Assembly: GCA_947474455.1 (NCBI GenBank)
Contig: CANJIL010000006.1
Span: 4,037-68,036 of the forward strand
Length of the DNA stretch: 64,000 nucleotides
Source: Hyphomonadaceae bacterium
GTDB lineage: Bacteria; Pseudomonadota; Alphaproteobacteria; Caulobacterales; Hyphomonadaceae
Direction of reading: 5' to 3'
In this document: piece after piece, positions 26,756 to 35,935 of the stretch
Layout of the letters: each line of letters starts with the position of its first letter
Numbering within the stretch: the stretch's first letter is position 1
Notes under the pieces: generated by a model
What the model was told of the DNA's origin: nothing
Database searches by the model: none
Seen by the model: the letters and a program-made list of their open reading frames with translations, nothing else
Position numbers and translations under genes: made by a program

Positions 26756-27958
26756 TTATCCGAGCATCACGATATCGACCAGATCGTCTGCTGCGGCCGC
26801 CGCGGCGTTGGCGGGCCGGCGGATCAGAGCGTTTGCCGTGAGGAACGGGGATAGCAAAGAGGAATCCTGATTGTCAGCCGCCTGCACCGTGGCGCGGCCG
26901 TCGGGCCCGAGAGTGAGAATTGCGCGAAGGTATTCGGCGCGTCCGCCGGTTTTCGGAACGGCGGTGGTGGTATGGGCGCGCTGGACGGATGCGGCAGGCG
27001 CCGGAGCGGAGGTCAGGCTCTCGATCAAAGGGCGCAGGAAAAGCTGCGCGGTGACCATCGCCGCCGCAGGGTTGCCCGGCAGGCCGAGCGCTAAGGTCGA
27101 CGCATTTGCGGAGAACCAGGTCGGCTTGCCAGGTTTTACCGCGACCTTCTCGAAGACGGGGGCGAAGCCTTCTGCCGCGAAGGCGGAGCGGACGACGTCG
27201 TAGTCGCCCACGGAAGCGCCGCCGATCGAGACAATGACATCGCACGGGGCCGCGATGCGTTTACGCACATCCTCTTCGGTGTCGCGCGACACGCCGAGGT
27301 CGAGCGGGATGGCTCCCCAACGGCGAATCAAGGCGAGAAGGGCGGGTTGGATCGAGTTCACGATCTGGCCGGTCGCGAGCTCACTTCCGGGCGCTGCGAG
27401 TTCGTCTCCATTGGCGAGCACGCCGATCCGTGGCGCCTTGCTGACCACAACACGCGCGACATTGCCGGCCGCCGCCAGCGAGATCACGCCTTCATTCACG
27501 ATCAAGCCGGCGGGCACGAGTTCCTTACCGTTTGAGAAGTCGAGACCCGCGCGGCGGATATTTTCCGGCTTCGACTGTTCGATCGTGATCGTGACGTGGT
27601 CGCCTTCGCGTTTCGTGTCTTCCTGGATCACGATGTGATCGGCGCCTTGCGGCGCATGGGCGCCTGTGAAGATGCGGATGGCTGCGCCCGGATTGAGGCG
27701 GCCGGAGAAGGGCGTTCCGGCGCGGGACTCGCCGATGACCAGGAGGGTTGCTCCCACCTTCATGTCGGCGTGTCGAACGGCGTAGCCATCCATTGCGGAA
27801 ACGTCGGCAGGCGGCTGGGAGACCCTTGCGACCACAGGTTCGGCAAGGCGGCGGCCTACGGCGGCGGCGAGGAGGACGATTTCGCGGCCCAGGGCGTGTT
27901 CGCGCGCGTGGCCAGCGATCAGGTCCAGCGCCTGTTCGACGGTGGCCATGCGGATCAT
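26756..27958 (-). CDS. moeA: molybdopterin molybdenumtransferase
   Basis: Track ORF 26756..28105; ATG at 27958 (MIRMATVEQALDLI) gives ~400 aa. SAMDGYAV, the GDELA..PG..IVNSN-like segment and SIGGASVGDYD are MoeA hallmarks. Confidence 0.88.
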   Translation of the reverse strand: MIRMATVEQALDLIAGHAREHALGREIVLLAAAVGRRLAEPVVARVSQPPADVSAMDGYAVRHADMKVGATLLVIGESRAGTPFSGRLNPGAAIRIFTGAHAPQGADHIVIQEDTKREGDHVTITIEQSKPENIRRAGLDFSNGKELVPAGLIVNEGVISLAAAGNVARVVVSKAPRIGVLANGDELAAPGSELATGQIVNSIQPALLALIRRWGAIPLDLGVSRDTEEDVRKRIAAPCDVIVSIGGASVGDYDVVRSAFAAEGFAPVFEKVAVKPGKPTWFSANASTLALGLPGNPAAAMVTAQLFLRPLIESLTSAPAPAASVQRAHTTTAVPKTGGRAEYLRAILTLGPDGRATVQAADNQDSSLLSPFLTANALIRRPANAAAAAADDLVDIVMLG

Positions 27959-28022
27959 GTGCGGTCCCTTTCCAGAGTAGCCCGGGCGTCGTGTCTGGTG
28001 CACAATAGCGCCGTGGAAGAGG

Positions 28023-28508
28023 ATGACCATGGCTGACAAGTTGACCCATATCGACGCCGACGGCCGTGCGCGCATGGTCGATGTTTCGGAAAAGGCTGCG
28101 ACCAAGCGTGTTGCAACGGCGAAGGGTCAGGTCCTGATGTCGGCGCGGGCGCTGGAACTGGCGCGCTCGAAGGGCGGCAAGGGCGATGTGCGGGCGACCG
28201 CCGAGATCGCGGGCGTGATGGCGGCCAAGAAGACCTCCGACCTGATTCCTATGTGCCATCCGCTGGCGCTGTCGAATGTGAAGGTACGGGTTGACGAACT
28301 TGAGGATGGGTCGGGCATCGGCGTTGTTGCGGAAGTTGCGACGACGGGTCCGACGGGGGTGGAGATGGAGGCGCTGACGGCTGTGTCGGTGGCGTGCCTT
28401 ACGATCTACGACATGCTGAAGGCGGTGGACCGCGGCATGCGGATCGAAGGCGTGAGGCTGCTGTCGAAGTCGGGCGGGGCGAGCGGGGATTTTGTCGCCG
28501 AGGCGTGA
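28023..28508 (+). CDS. moaC: cyclic pyranopterin monophosphate synthase accessory protein
   Basis: 161 aa. [50 protein letters not shown] are MoaC signatures. Divergent from moeA. Confidence 0.92.
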   Translation: MTMADKLTHIDADGRARMVDVSEKAATKRVATAKGQVLMSARALELARSKGGKGDVRATAEIAGVMAAKKTSDLIPMCHPLALSNVKVRVDELEDGSGIGVVAEVATTGPTGVEMEALTAVSVACLTIYDMLKAVDRGMRIEGVRLLSKSGGASGDFVAEA

Positions 28509-28959
28509 GGCGCGATCGCGCAGGCGAGTGCTGGGTTGTGGTATGGGGTTGGATGCGCCGCTAGAGAAGCGCGCTGTTTCGGCCTTCGCTTGCGCTGGGG
28601 CGTTCGCTCATCGATTTGGTCCACTGGACCAGTTCGCGCCTCCCGCGCCGTCGCTCACCCCGGTAGGGCTGGGCTATCGCGTATGGTTGAGGAGGGAGCA
28701 GAGGGCGTCATTGCTCCATGCGGCGCGCCGTCTCGGCGCCGTCGTCGGCCAGGGCTTGTCGCATCGGCGCCGCTGCGGCTCCCGGCCAGACGCTGTTCGA
28801 CCCGGGCAAGAGTGTTCGGCCGATTGGGTTTGAGGCGAGCCCCGTTGGAATCTGGTGGGCCTTATCCCCCATCTTTCTTCGCTGTGGGTTGAACTCAGGG
28901 GTGAAGGCTTTTGGGCTGTCCCAGGAATTGGGAATGGCTCCGATGCCCCAATTCGGAGG

Positions 28960-29514
28960 TCAGGACGCGGCGCTGGCTTTGGCGATGCGGTCGGCGCGGT
29001 CGCGGGATAGCGTGTCGCGGCGCATCTCTTCGCGGCGCAATATGTTGTCGCGGAACAGCCAGGCGCAGAGGAAGCCGGTGACGCCGCCGACGATGGCGTA
29101 GAAGAGCTGGCCGCTGAACAGGCCGGCGCTTTCAGGTGCGGAAGCGAACAAGAAAGCGTTGACCATGCCGATTGCGGCCGCGCCGGCGTGGAAAGGTGAG
29201 CTTTCCGGCGCGAAGGGCGAGAGCAGAGCGACCCAAACGCCTGAAATGGCGGCGGCGAAGGCGGTTGCGATGTAAGCGGCGCTGAGCGCATTCCAGGTCG
29301 CCTCGACTATCGCCGGTCCGGCGTCGCCCGCCGAGGTTATGGCGTTGCAAGTCAGCGCGACGAATGCGCTGCCGCAGACCAGCGCCAGGCCCGCGAGGGG
29401 GGCGACGATGGCGTAGCTGATCGCACATGGCACGATGGTCGCGCCAATGTGCTGCATCACGACGCGGCGATGTGCGGCGCTCTTGAAGACAGGCTGTGCG
29501 GCTGCCGTTGCCAT
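28960..29514 (-). CDS. hypothetical multi-TM membrane protein
   Basis: Part of track ORF 28960..29655 from MATAAAQ... 4-5 hydrophobic helices (IVPCAISYAIVAPLAGLALVCGSAFVAL..). Start uncertain (29457 also possible). Confidence 0.45.
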   Translation of the reverse strand: MATAAAQPVFKSAAHRRVVMQHIGATIVPCAISYAIVAPLAGLALVCGSAFVALTCNAITSAGDAGPAIVEATWNALSAAYIATAFAAAISGVWVALLSPFAPESSPFHAGAAAIGMVNAFLFASAPESAGLFSGQLFYAIVGGVTGFLCAWLFRDNILRREEMRRDTLSRDRADRIAKASAAS

Positions 29515-29714
29515 GCAGGAATGATCGCGCACACGCATTAACGCGTGCTGCGAGCGATAGGTCAAATTGCGGGGGTGCGGTTCACAAGTTGTAAGGCGCG
29601 CTGGCGGGCACCCCCTCGTGGTTCGACGGGTGCTGCGCAGGACTATGTGCTGCACCGCTGCTCACACCATGAGGGCTATTCTTGCGTTTGCAGCGGGCGC
29701 GCTGCAGTGCCAGG

Positions 29715-30953
29715 TTACGCGAACGCGACGATCATCTTGTCCACGGTGCGGATGGCCCCGGGGTTGAGGGTGGGGTTGGGGCCGACGATGCGCGTGTTGG
29801 GGGCGAGGCGGGCGATGGCGGCGAAGGTTTCCTCGAGTTCGACGCGGGCGAGGGCTTCGCCGGCGCAGCGGTGGGTGCCGGCGCCGAAGGCGAGATGCCA
29901 GCGCTGCTGGTCGGTGCGGTGGATGTTGAAGGTTTCGGGGTCGGTGTAGACGTCCGGATCGCGCAGGACTGACAGGATCGAAACGGCGATGATAGCGCCA
30001 GCGGGAATGAGAAAGCCCTCGACCTCCATGTCGTTGAGGGCGACGCGCGGGATACCAGACACCACGGGTTCGACGCGCAGGCCCTCCTCAACGGATTTCT
30101 TCTTGAGGCTATCCGGATTGGCGATGAGGTCGGCCCATTGTGCCGGGTGTTGCAGCAACTGTGACAAAGTCATGCACATCGAGTTTCGCGTGGTGTCGGA
30201 TCCGGCGAGGATGAGGCCGACAATCTGGGCGCGGATCTCGCCTTCGGTCATGTCGCCTGATGCAGCAGTGGCGGCGACATAGTCGGAGAGAAAGTCCCCG
30301 CGCGGGCTGGCGCGGCGGTCAGCGAGCAGCCTGTCGACATAGGCGTTAAAGTCGGTGAGGCTCTGCTCGATCTCCGCGCGGCGATCGAGGTTGACGAAGC
30401 CGATCGATTCCGCCGTGTCGGAAATCCATTTCATGAAGACGGGCAGGTCCGAGCGTGGGATGCCCAGCACGTCGGCGATGATGCGGGCGGGGAGCTGCGC
30501 GGCAAATTCGCGGACGAAGTCGAACGGGCCCTTGCCGAGACGTTCGCTGATGATCTCGGCAGCGATGGCGGCCGCCGTGGGCCGCATCGCCTCCATTAGC
30601 TTGAAGGCGAAGGTGCGGGCGACGGGCTGGCGGCGGCGCTGGTGTGCGTCGCCGTTCGCGAAGAGCATGACCTGGGCGATGAAGTCGTAGATCGGGCCCT
30701 CGAAGATGCCTTGCAGGAGTTTGAGTTCGGTTTCGAGCTGGCGGGTGTTTTCCGGCGAGACGATCTGGTCGACCGTGCGGGCGCGCAGGGCGAGCACCAT
30801 GAAGCCCATGCCCATCGACACCTTCACCAGCGGCGTTTTCGCGCGAAGGTCACGGAACATGGCGTAGGACGACGCCTCCGGGTCCTGCAGCGCCCAGTCG
30901 AGGATGGGGATATCATTGTAGGTTTTGAGGGCGGCGACGTCGCTGGCCATCAA
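29715..30953 (-). CDS. cytochrome P450
   Basis: 412 aa. I-helix LILAGSDTTRN, ExxR (EEGLRVEP), heme-thiolate loop FGAGTHRCAGEALAR. Confidence 0.9.
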   Translation of the reverse strand: MMASDVAALKTYNDIPILDWALQDPEASSYAMFRDLRAKTPLVKVSMGMGFMVLALRARTVDQIVSPENTRQLETELKLLQGIFEGPIYDFIAQVMLFANGDAHQRRRQPVARTFAFKLMEAMRPTAAAIAAEIISERLGKGPFDFVREFAAQLPARIIADVLGIPRSDLPVFMKWISDTAESIGFVNLDRRAEIEQSLTDFNAYVDRLLADRRASPRGDFLSDYVAATAASGDMTEGEIRAQIVGLILAGSDTTRNSMCMTLSQLLQHPAQWADLIANPDSLKKKSVEEGLRVEPVVSGIPRVALNDMEVEGFLIPAGAIIAVSILSVLRDPDVYTDPETFNIHRTDQQRWHLAFGAGTHRCAGEALARVELEETFAAIARLAPNTRIVGPNPTLNPGAIRTVDKMIVAFA

Positions 30954-31143
30954 GGGCTCCGATCATCCTGACGGCGTCACGTACTTGAATTTGGCGGGCG
31001 CGGGAAGGCGGAAGGAACCAGCGGCAAAAATTTCGCCCGTTCTCGGCGCGCGGGGACCACCGCACGCGCCGAGAGCGGGCTGGCGCCCGGCGAGCCGCGC
31101 GCGTCCTGATTGTGATGCTGGACCGTTCGGGTCCCGAAAGCGA

Positions 31144-31171
31144 CCCGGCCCGGTCTTTCGACCGGGCCGGG
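31144..31171 (-). terminator. rho-independent terminator of rpoH
   Basis: 12-bp stem CCCGGCCCGGTC/GACCGGGCCGGG with loop TTTC, 8 nt downstream of the rpoH stop. On the minus strand it is followed by TCGCTTTCGGG. Confidence 0.6.
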
Positions 31172-31178
31172 TTTGATT

Positions 31179-32072
31179 CTAGTTGGCTTCCACCAGTCCT
31201 TGTTCGTGTGCAGCTTCGCGCATCGCTTTCTGGAGCTTCTCGAAGGCCCGCACCTCTATCTGGCGGATACGCTCACGGCTTACATTGTATTCGACCGAGA
31301 GGTCTTCCAGCGTGGTGGGCGCTTCTTTCAGGCGCCGCTCGGTGATGATGTGGCGCTCGCGTTCATTGAGCGATTCCATCGCGCGTTCGAGCAGGCTCAT
31401 CCGGGCCGAGAACTCGTCGGTTTCGGCAAGGCGTTCGGCCTGGCCTGGAGTTTCGTCGGCGATCCAGTCCTGCCATTCGGCTTCGCCGCCTTCCATCCCG
31501 CCGATCGGGGCATTGAGGGAGGCGTCGCCGCCGGCCGACATGCGGCGGTTCATCGAGGTCACTTCATCCTCGGTGACGCCCAGCTTTGTAGCGATCGTCG
31601 TGAGGTTCTCCGGACGCAGGTCGCCTTCCTCCATGGCGGAGATTTCACCCTTGAGGCGGCGCAGATTGAAGAACAACTTCTTCTGCGCGGCGGTCGTGCC
31701 GAGTTTCACCAGCGACCACGAGCGCAGGATGTATTCCTGGATCGCGGCGCGGATCCACCACATGGCGTAGGTCGCAAGGCGGAAACCCTTGTCCGGGTCG
31801 AACTTCTTCACGGCCTGCATCAGGCCGACGTTACCTTCGGAAATGACCTCGCCCATGGGCAGGCCATAACCGCGATAGCCCATGGCGATCTTGGCCACGA
31901 GGCGCAGGTGCGATGTCACCATCTTCTCGGCGGCTTCGCTGTCCTGATGCTGCGACCAGCGCTGGGCGAGCATGAACTCTTCGTTCTTCTCGAGCAGCGG
32001 AAACTTACGGATTTCAGAGAGGTAACGCGACAACCCTTGTTCGGGGGAGAGTGCGATTGCGAGGCTTGCCAT
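31179..32072 (-). CDS. rpoH: RNA polymerase sigma-32 (heat shock)
   Basis: 297 aa. LVTSHLRLVAKIA, EGNVGLMQAVKKFDP, and the RpoH box QKKLFFNLRRLK. Confidence 0.93.
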   Translation of the reverse strand: MASLAIALSPEQGLSRYLSEIRKFPLLEKNEEFMLAQRWSQHQDSEAAEKMVTSHLRLVAKIAMGYRGYGLPMGEVISEGNVGLMQAVKKFDPDKGFRLATYAMWWIRAAIQEYILRSWSLVKLGTTAAQKKLFFNLRRLKGEISAMEEGDLRPENLTTIATKLGVTEDEVTSMNRRMSAGGDASLNAPIGGMEGGEAEWQDWIADETPGQAERLAETDEFSARMSLLERAMESLNERERHIITERRLKEAPTTLEDLSVEYNVSRERIRQIEVRAFEKLQKAMREAAHEQGLVEAN

Positions 32073-32486
32073 GTCAGTCTCCTTCTTTTCTTTTCGTCCG
32101 CGCTGCCTTTTGGGGAGGAAGGCTCGCGGCTCTTATTGTACCCCGGTCGTCAGGGTCCTCCGGACCGCAACGCCGCTGATTAACTAAGGTTCTTGGCAGG
32201 ATTGTGGTCTCGCCCCCGGTCCGTCGTTGTCAGCAGATGGGGAGAGGGTAACCCTCCTTAAAGAGGGGAGCGGATCGATGGTTTCTCAGTGCATCGAAGA
32301 GCGCGCCTATTAAGTGACTGTTCAAGTCGGTTTTCGGGGATTTGGCGACGCCGGCGACAAGATTGGTCCCAAAAAGTACGATTCTGGGGGCTGACGGGCG
32401 AATCGCGTCCAGATTCTGGCTGGTGCTGGCGCGAGTTCGTGCCACACTCGCTCCACCACAATGCGCTCCAGAGACGGAGGAGCAGC

Positions 32487-33035
32487 ATGCTTGCTGCAGG
32501 ATCGCGGGCCGGGGGGCTTACGATCGCGGGACTGGCTCTTGCCGGCTGTTCCGCACTGACATTGCCTGCCTTGCCCAGCTTTGTTGCGCCGCCAGAAATG
32601 CCGGCAGAGCCGGAGCCTGGGCGGGCGCCCGCGGCTAATCCGGCCAGCTCGATCAACCTGCCCAGTCCGACCAGCCCACCGGCCGGCCCGCTGGTCAGCA
32701 CTGAACGCCCCGCTTTCTTTGTTCTGTGGAAGCCTGACCTGCCCGGGATCACGCAACGGCCAAGCGTAGCGCCGAACACGCCGCTGCCCCAATATCCAGC
32801 CGCAGCCATGCGCAAAGACGAGACGGGCGTTACCTCGCTGGAGTCCTGCCTGACGGTGGATGGGCGCCTCGTGGACATCCGCCTCGCGCAGTCGTCCGGC
32901 TCGAAGACGCTGGACGATGCGACGCTGACGTGGGCCAGGACGGCGAAATACCAGCCAGCCAAGTTCAACGGCGAGGCCGTGGCGATCTGCGGCTATCGTT
33001 TCGATTACCAGTGGCAGTTCGAAACGCAGCGTTAG
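32487..33035 (+). CDS. TonB C-terminal-domain lipoprotein
   Basis: Internal ATG of track ORF 32289..33035. Lipobox LALAGCS, Pro-rich linker, then PQYPAAAMRKDETGVTSLESCLTVDGRLVDIRLAQSSGSKTLDDATL..AKYQPAKFNG (TonB_C fold). Confidence 0.7.
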   Translation: MLAAGSRAGGLTIAGLALAGCSALTLPALPSFVAPPEMPAEPEPGRAPAANPASSINLPSPTSPPAGPLVSTERPAFFVLWKPDLPGITQRPSVAPNTPLPQYPAAAMRKDETGVTSLESCLTVDGRLVDIRLAQSSGSKTLDDATLTWARTAKYQPAKFNGEAVAICGYRFDYQWQFETQR

Positions 33036-33042
33036 GCGGCGC

Positions 33043-34119
33043 CTATTGCGGCATCGCGCGAAGGGCGTCGATCAGTTCGGCCATGTCGGCCGGCGGGGGG
33101 CGTTCGAAGCGAAGGGGCTTCTTCGTGATCGGATGTTCGAACCCGAGGATGGCGGCGTGCAGGGCCTGGCGTTCGAAGTTTTTTGCGGTAGCGGCGGCGC
33201 GCTCGATGGCGGGGCCTTTGCCTTCGGCTTTCAGCCAGCGGTGTTTGCCATAGGTCTGGTCGCCGAGAACAGGTGCGCCGATGTGGGCCATGTGAACGCG
33301 GATCTGGTGCGTGCGTCCGGTTTCGAGGCGGCATTCGACGAGCGCGGCGGCCGGCTGGGTTCCGGTTGCGTCGAGGCGCCCGAAGGTTTCCAGCGCGCGG
33401 TAATTCGTGATGGCGATCTTGCCGGAGGGCGTTTCATCTTCCTCGCGGCTGTTGTCGTTAGACCAGTGGTCGGCGCGGAAATGCTTGTCCTTCATCACGG
33501 CCATCTTCTTCCGGTCGCTGGGCGAGCGGGCGATGTTGGTCTCGATACGGCCGACCAGAGGGCGCGGCGCGCCGCGCGTGACAGCAAGATAAGCGCGCTC
33601 GATATCGTGGGCGGCGAACATGGCGGTGAGCGCGGTGTGCGCCGCCTCGCTCTTGGCCGCCACCATCACGCCTGACGTATCCTTGTCTAGACGGTGCACG
33701 ATACCGGGGCGGGCGACGCCGCCAATGCCGGTGAGCTGCGCGCCACAATGAAAAAGCAGAGCGTTGACCAGCGTGCCGCGTTCCGATCCGCCAGCAGGAT
33801 GCACGACGAGGCCTGCCGGCTTGTCGATGACGATGAGGTGCTTGTCCTCGAAGACGATGTCGAGCGGGATGTCTTCCGGCTGGGGTTGCGCATCGACGGG
33901 GGCGGGAAGATCGATGGTGTAGGTCGCGCCCGGCAGCACCTTGGCGCTGGCGTCGCCGGCGGGCCGGCCGTTGGCCGTGACGCGGCCTTCCTCGATCAGC
34001 ACCCTGAGACGCGAGCGGGACATGCCTGTTCCTGCGTCGGCGAGCCATTTGTCGAGGCGCACGCCCGCGGCCGCCGTGGGGGCGATAATCGTCAGGGGCT
34101 CAGGCGGTTGGGCGGTCAT
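33043..34119 (-). CDS. rluD: 23S rRNA pseudouridine synthase, RluA family (RluD-like) with S4 domain
   Basis: Track ORF 33043..34938 is over-extended. The ATG at 34119 (MTAQPPEPL..RLDKWLA) gives 358 aa. Catalytic HRLDKDTSG and RTHQIRVH are present. The extension overlaps phoD antisense. Confidence 0.9.
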   Translation of the reverse strand: MTAQPPEPLTIIAPTAAAGVRLDKWLADAGTGMSRSRLRVLIEEGRVTANGRPAGDASAKVLPGATYTIDLPAPVDAQPQPEDIPLDIVFEDKHLIVIDKPAGLVVHPAGGSERGTLVNALLFHCGAQLTGIGGVARPGIVHRLDKDTSGVMVAAKSEAAHTALTAMFAAHDIERAYLAVTRGAPRPLVGRIETNIARSPSDRKKMAVMKDKHFRADHWSNDNSREEDETPSGKIAITNYRALETFGRLDATGTQPAAALVECRLETGRTHQIRVHMAHIGAPVLGDQTYGKHRWLKAEGKGPAIERAAATAKNFERQALHAAILGFEHPITKKPLRFERPPPADMAELIDALRAMPQ

Positions 34120-34188
34120 GCTTTCGTCGCAGCGCGGTGCAAGGTAGGGATTCGTATGGGCCACTAGCCCAGTGCAGAGGATTAATCC

Positions 34189-35883
34189 ATGACCAGGCTG
34201 ACACGGCGCGGCGCTTTGGGCCTTGGCGTAGCCGGGTTGAGCGCCGCCGCCTGCACCACGACGGGCGAGGCTGGCTATAGGGGCAAGGCGTCTTTCGGGC
34301 ATGGCGTCGCCTCGGGCGATCCGACACAGACGGCCGTGGTGATCTGGACGCGGGTGACGCCCGCAGCGGCGGGCGCGATTCCCGTGAAATGGAGCGTGTC
34401 GCGCGAGGCCGGCCTGAAGAGTGTGGTGAAGACCGGAACTTTCGTTACGGGGCCTGAGCGCGACTACACGGTCAAGGTGGATGTCGATGGCCTCGAAACG
34501 GGGCAACAATACTACTATTGGTTCTCGGCGGGGCAGGCTTCGTCGCCGGGCGGCGCGACGCGGACGCTGCCGGCCAGCGGCACGGCCGAGTACCGGATGG
34601 CAGTGGTGTCGTGCTCGAACTGGCCGTTCGGGTACTTCAACGCGTATCGCGAAATCGCCAAACGCGCGCAAGCGGACGGTCTCGATGCGATCATCCATCT
34701 CGGGGACTACATCTACGAGTACGGCGTGACTGGCTATGGCGGGACGGTGGGCAAGGAGCTCGGGCGCAACCACTCTCCCGAAACCGAAATCGTGTCGCTG
34801 GCCGACTATCGGACACGCCATGCGCAGTACAAGTCGGACCCGGACCTGCAGGCCGCGCACGGCGTCGCGCCTTGGTTCTGCACCTGGGACGATCATGAAT
34901 CGGCCAACAACTCGTACCGCACCGGCGCGGAGAACCATCAGCCGGAAACCGAGGGCAATTGGACCGATCGCAAGGCGGCGGCGGTGCAGGCCTACCTAGA
35001 GTGGATGCCGGTGCGCGATCCTGCGCCGGGAAGGCCGCGCGAGGCGATCTGGCGCAAGTTCGACATTGGCGATCTGGCGACGTTGTTCCTGCTGGAGAGC
35101 CGGCTGGTGGGCCGCGGCGAGGATCTGACGTTCGACGAGATGTTCATGGCGCCGGACGTCGAGCGTCCTGCGATCGTCGAACGGCTCAAAGCGAAAATCA
35201 ACGATCCGCAGCGGACCATGCTGGGGGCCGAACAGGAAGCGTGGCTGGCGGATGAGCTGAAGAAGTCGACGGCGGCGAAGAGGCAATGGCAGGTCCTCGG
35301 CAACCAGGTGACCATGGCCAAGGTCCAGATGCCGGACCTGCAAACCGGACTGTCGCCGGAGAAATACGCAAAAGTTTCGCACGCCTCGAAGCGGTACTAT
35401 TCGACAGCCCGTTATGGCTTTGAATGGAACCTCGACGCATGGGCTGGCTTTCCTCTGGCGCGGGAACGGCTGTATGCGGCCGCAAAGGCAGCGAACGCGC
35501 GGCTGGTGACGCTGACTGGGGACACCCACACGGCGTGGGCAAACGAGCTGCATGACAATTCCGGCCAGCGGCGCGGCGTTGAGTTTGGCTGCACGTCGGT
35601 CACTTCGCCGGGCGCAGGCGACAACATGCCGTTCGAGGAGTTGAACTGGCTGATGCCGGAGGCGAACAGGGAAGTGCTGTACTACAATGCTTTCGCCAAG
35701 GGCTTCACGCTGCTGACGCTGAAGGCGGACCAGGTAGAGGCCGACTTCATCATGGTTTCGACGATACGATCGCGGGACTATTTTGCATCAAGCAATGCGC
35801 GCTTCCTAGCCCGACCCAACGAGGTCGGTGGCATGGGCGGGCTGCAGAAAGTGCTGGGCCCGACAAGCATCAGGTCCGGATGA
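34189..35883 (+). CDS. phoD: alkaline phosphatase D family protein, Tat-exported
   Basis: 564 aa. Twin-arginine signal MTRLTRRGALGLGVAGLSAAAC, FGHGVASGDP, metallophosphatase motifs GDYIYEY and WDDHE. Confidence 0.9.
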   Translation: MTRLTRRGALGLGVAGLSAAACTTTGEAGYRGKASFGHGVASGDPTQTAVVIWTRVTPAAAGAIPVKWSVSREAGLKSVVKTGTFVTGPERDYTVKVDVDGLETGQQYYYWFSAGQASSPGGATRTLPASGTAEYRMAVVSCSNWPFGYFNAYREIAKRAQADGLDAIIHLGDYIYEYGVTGYGGTVGKELGRNHSPETEIVSLADYRTRHAQYKSDPDLQAAHGVAPWFCTWDDHESANNSYRTGAENHQPETEGNWTDRKAAAVQAYLEWMPVRDPAPGRPREAIWRKFDIGDLATLFLLESRLVGRGEDLTFDEMFMAPDVERPAIVERLKAKINDPQRTMLGAEQEAWLADELKKSTAAKRQWQVLGNQVTMAKVQMPDLQTGLSPEKYAKVSHASKRYYSTARYGFEWNLDAWAGFPLARERLYAAAKAANARLVTLTGDTHTAWANELHDNSGQRRGVEFGCTSVTSPGAGDNMPFEELNWLMPEANREVLYYNAFAKGFTLLTLKADQVEADFIMVSTIRSRDYFASSNARFLARPNEVGGMGGLQKVLGPTSIRSG

Positions 35884-35935
35884 TTTGGGCGATCTTGCCC
35901 GATAAACGTCAGGAAACCCTGGCAATCTCGGGTGA

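Noticed and set aside
32230-32445. 71-aa minus-strand ORF upstream of rpoH, and the palindrome GAGGGTAACCCTC at about 32243-32255.
   Set aside because: The ORF has poor GC3 bias and no features. The palindrome is a single occurrence with no linked regulator. I could not identify a sigma-32 or sigma-70 promoter confidently by eye.
34120-34938. 5' extension of the rluD ORF (track 33043..34938, 631 aa).
   Set aside because: The extension is Arg-rich, has no homology features, and overlaps phoD antisense. The S4 domain begins right after the ATG at 34119.
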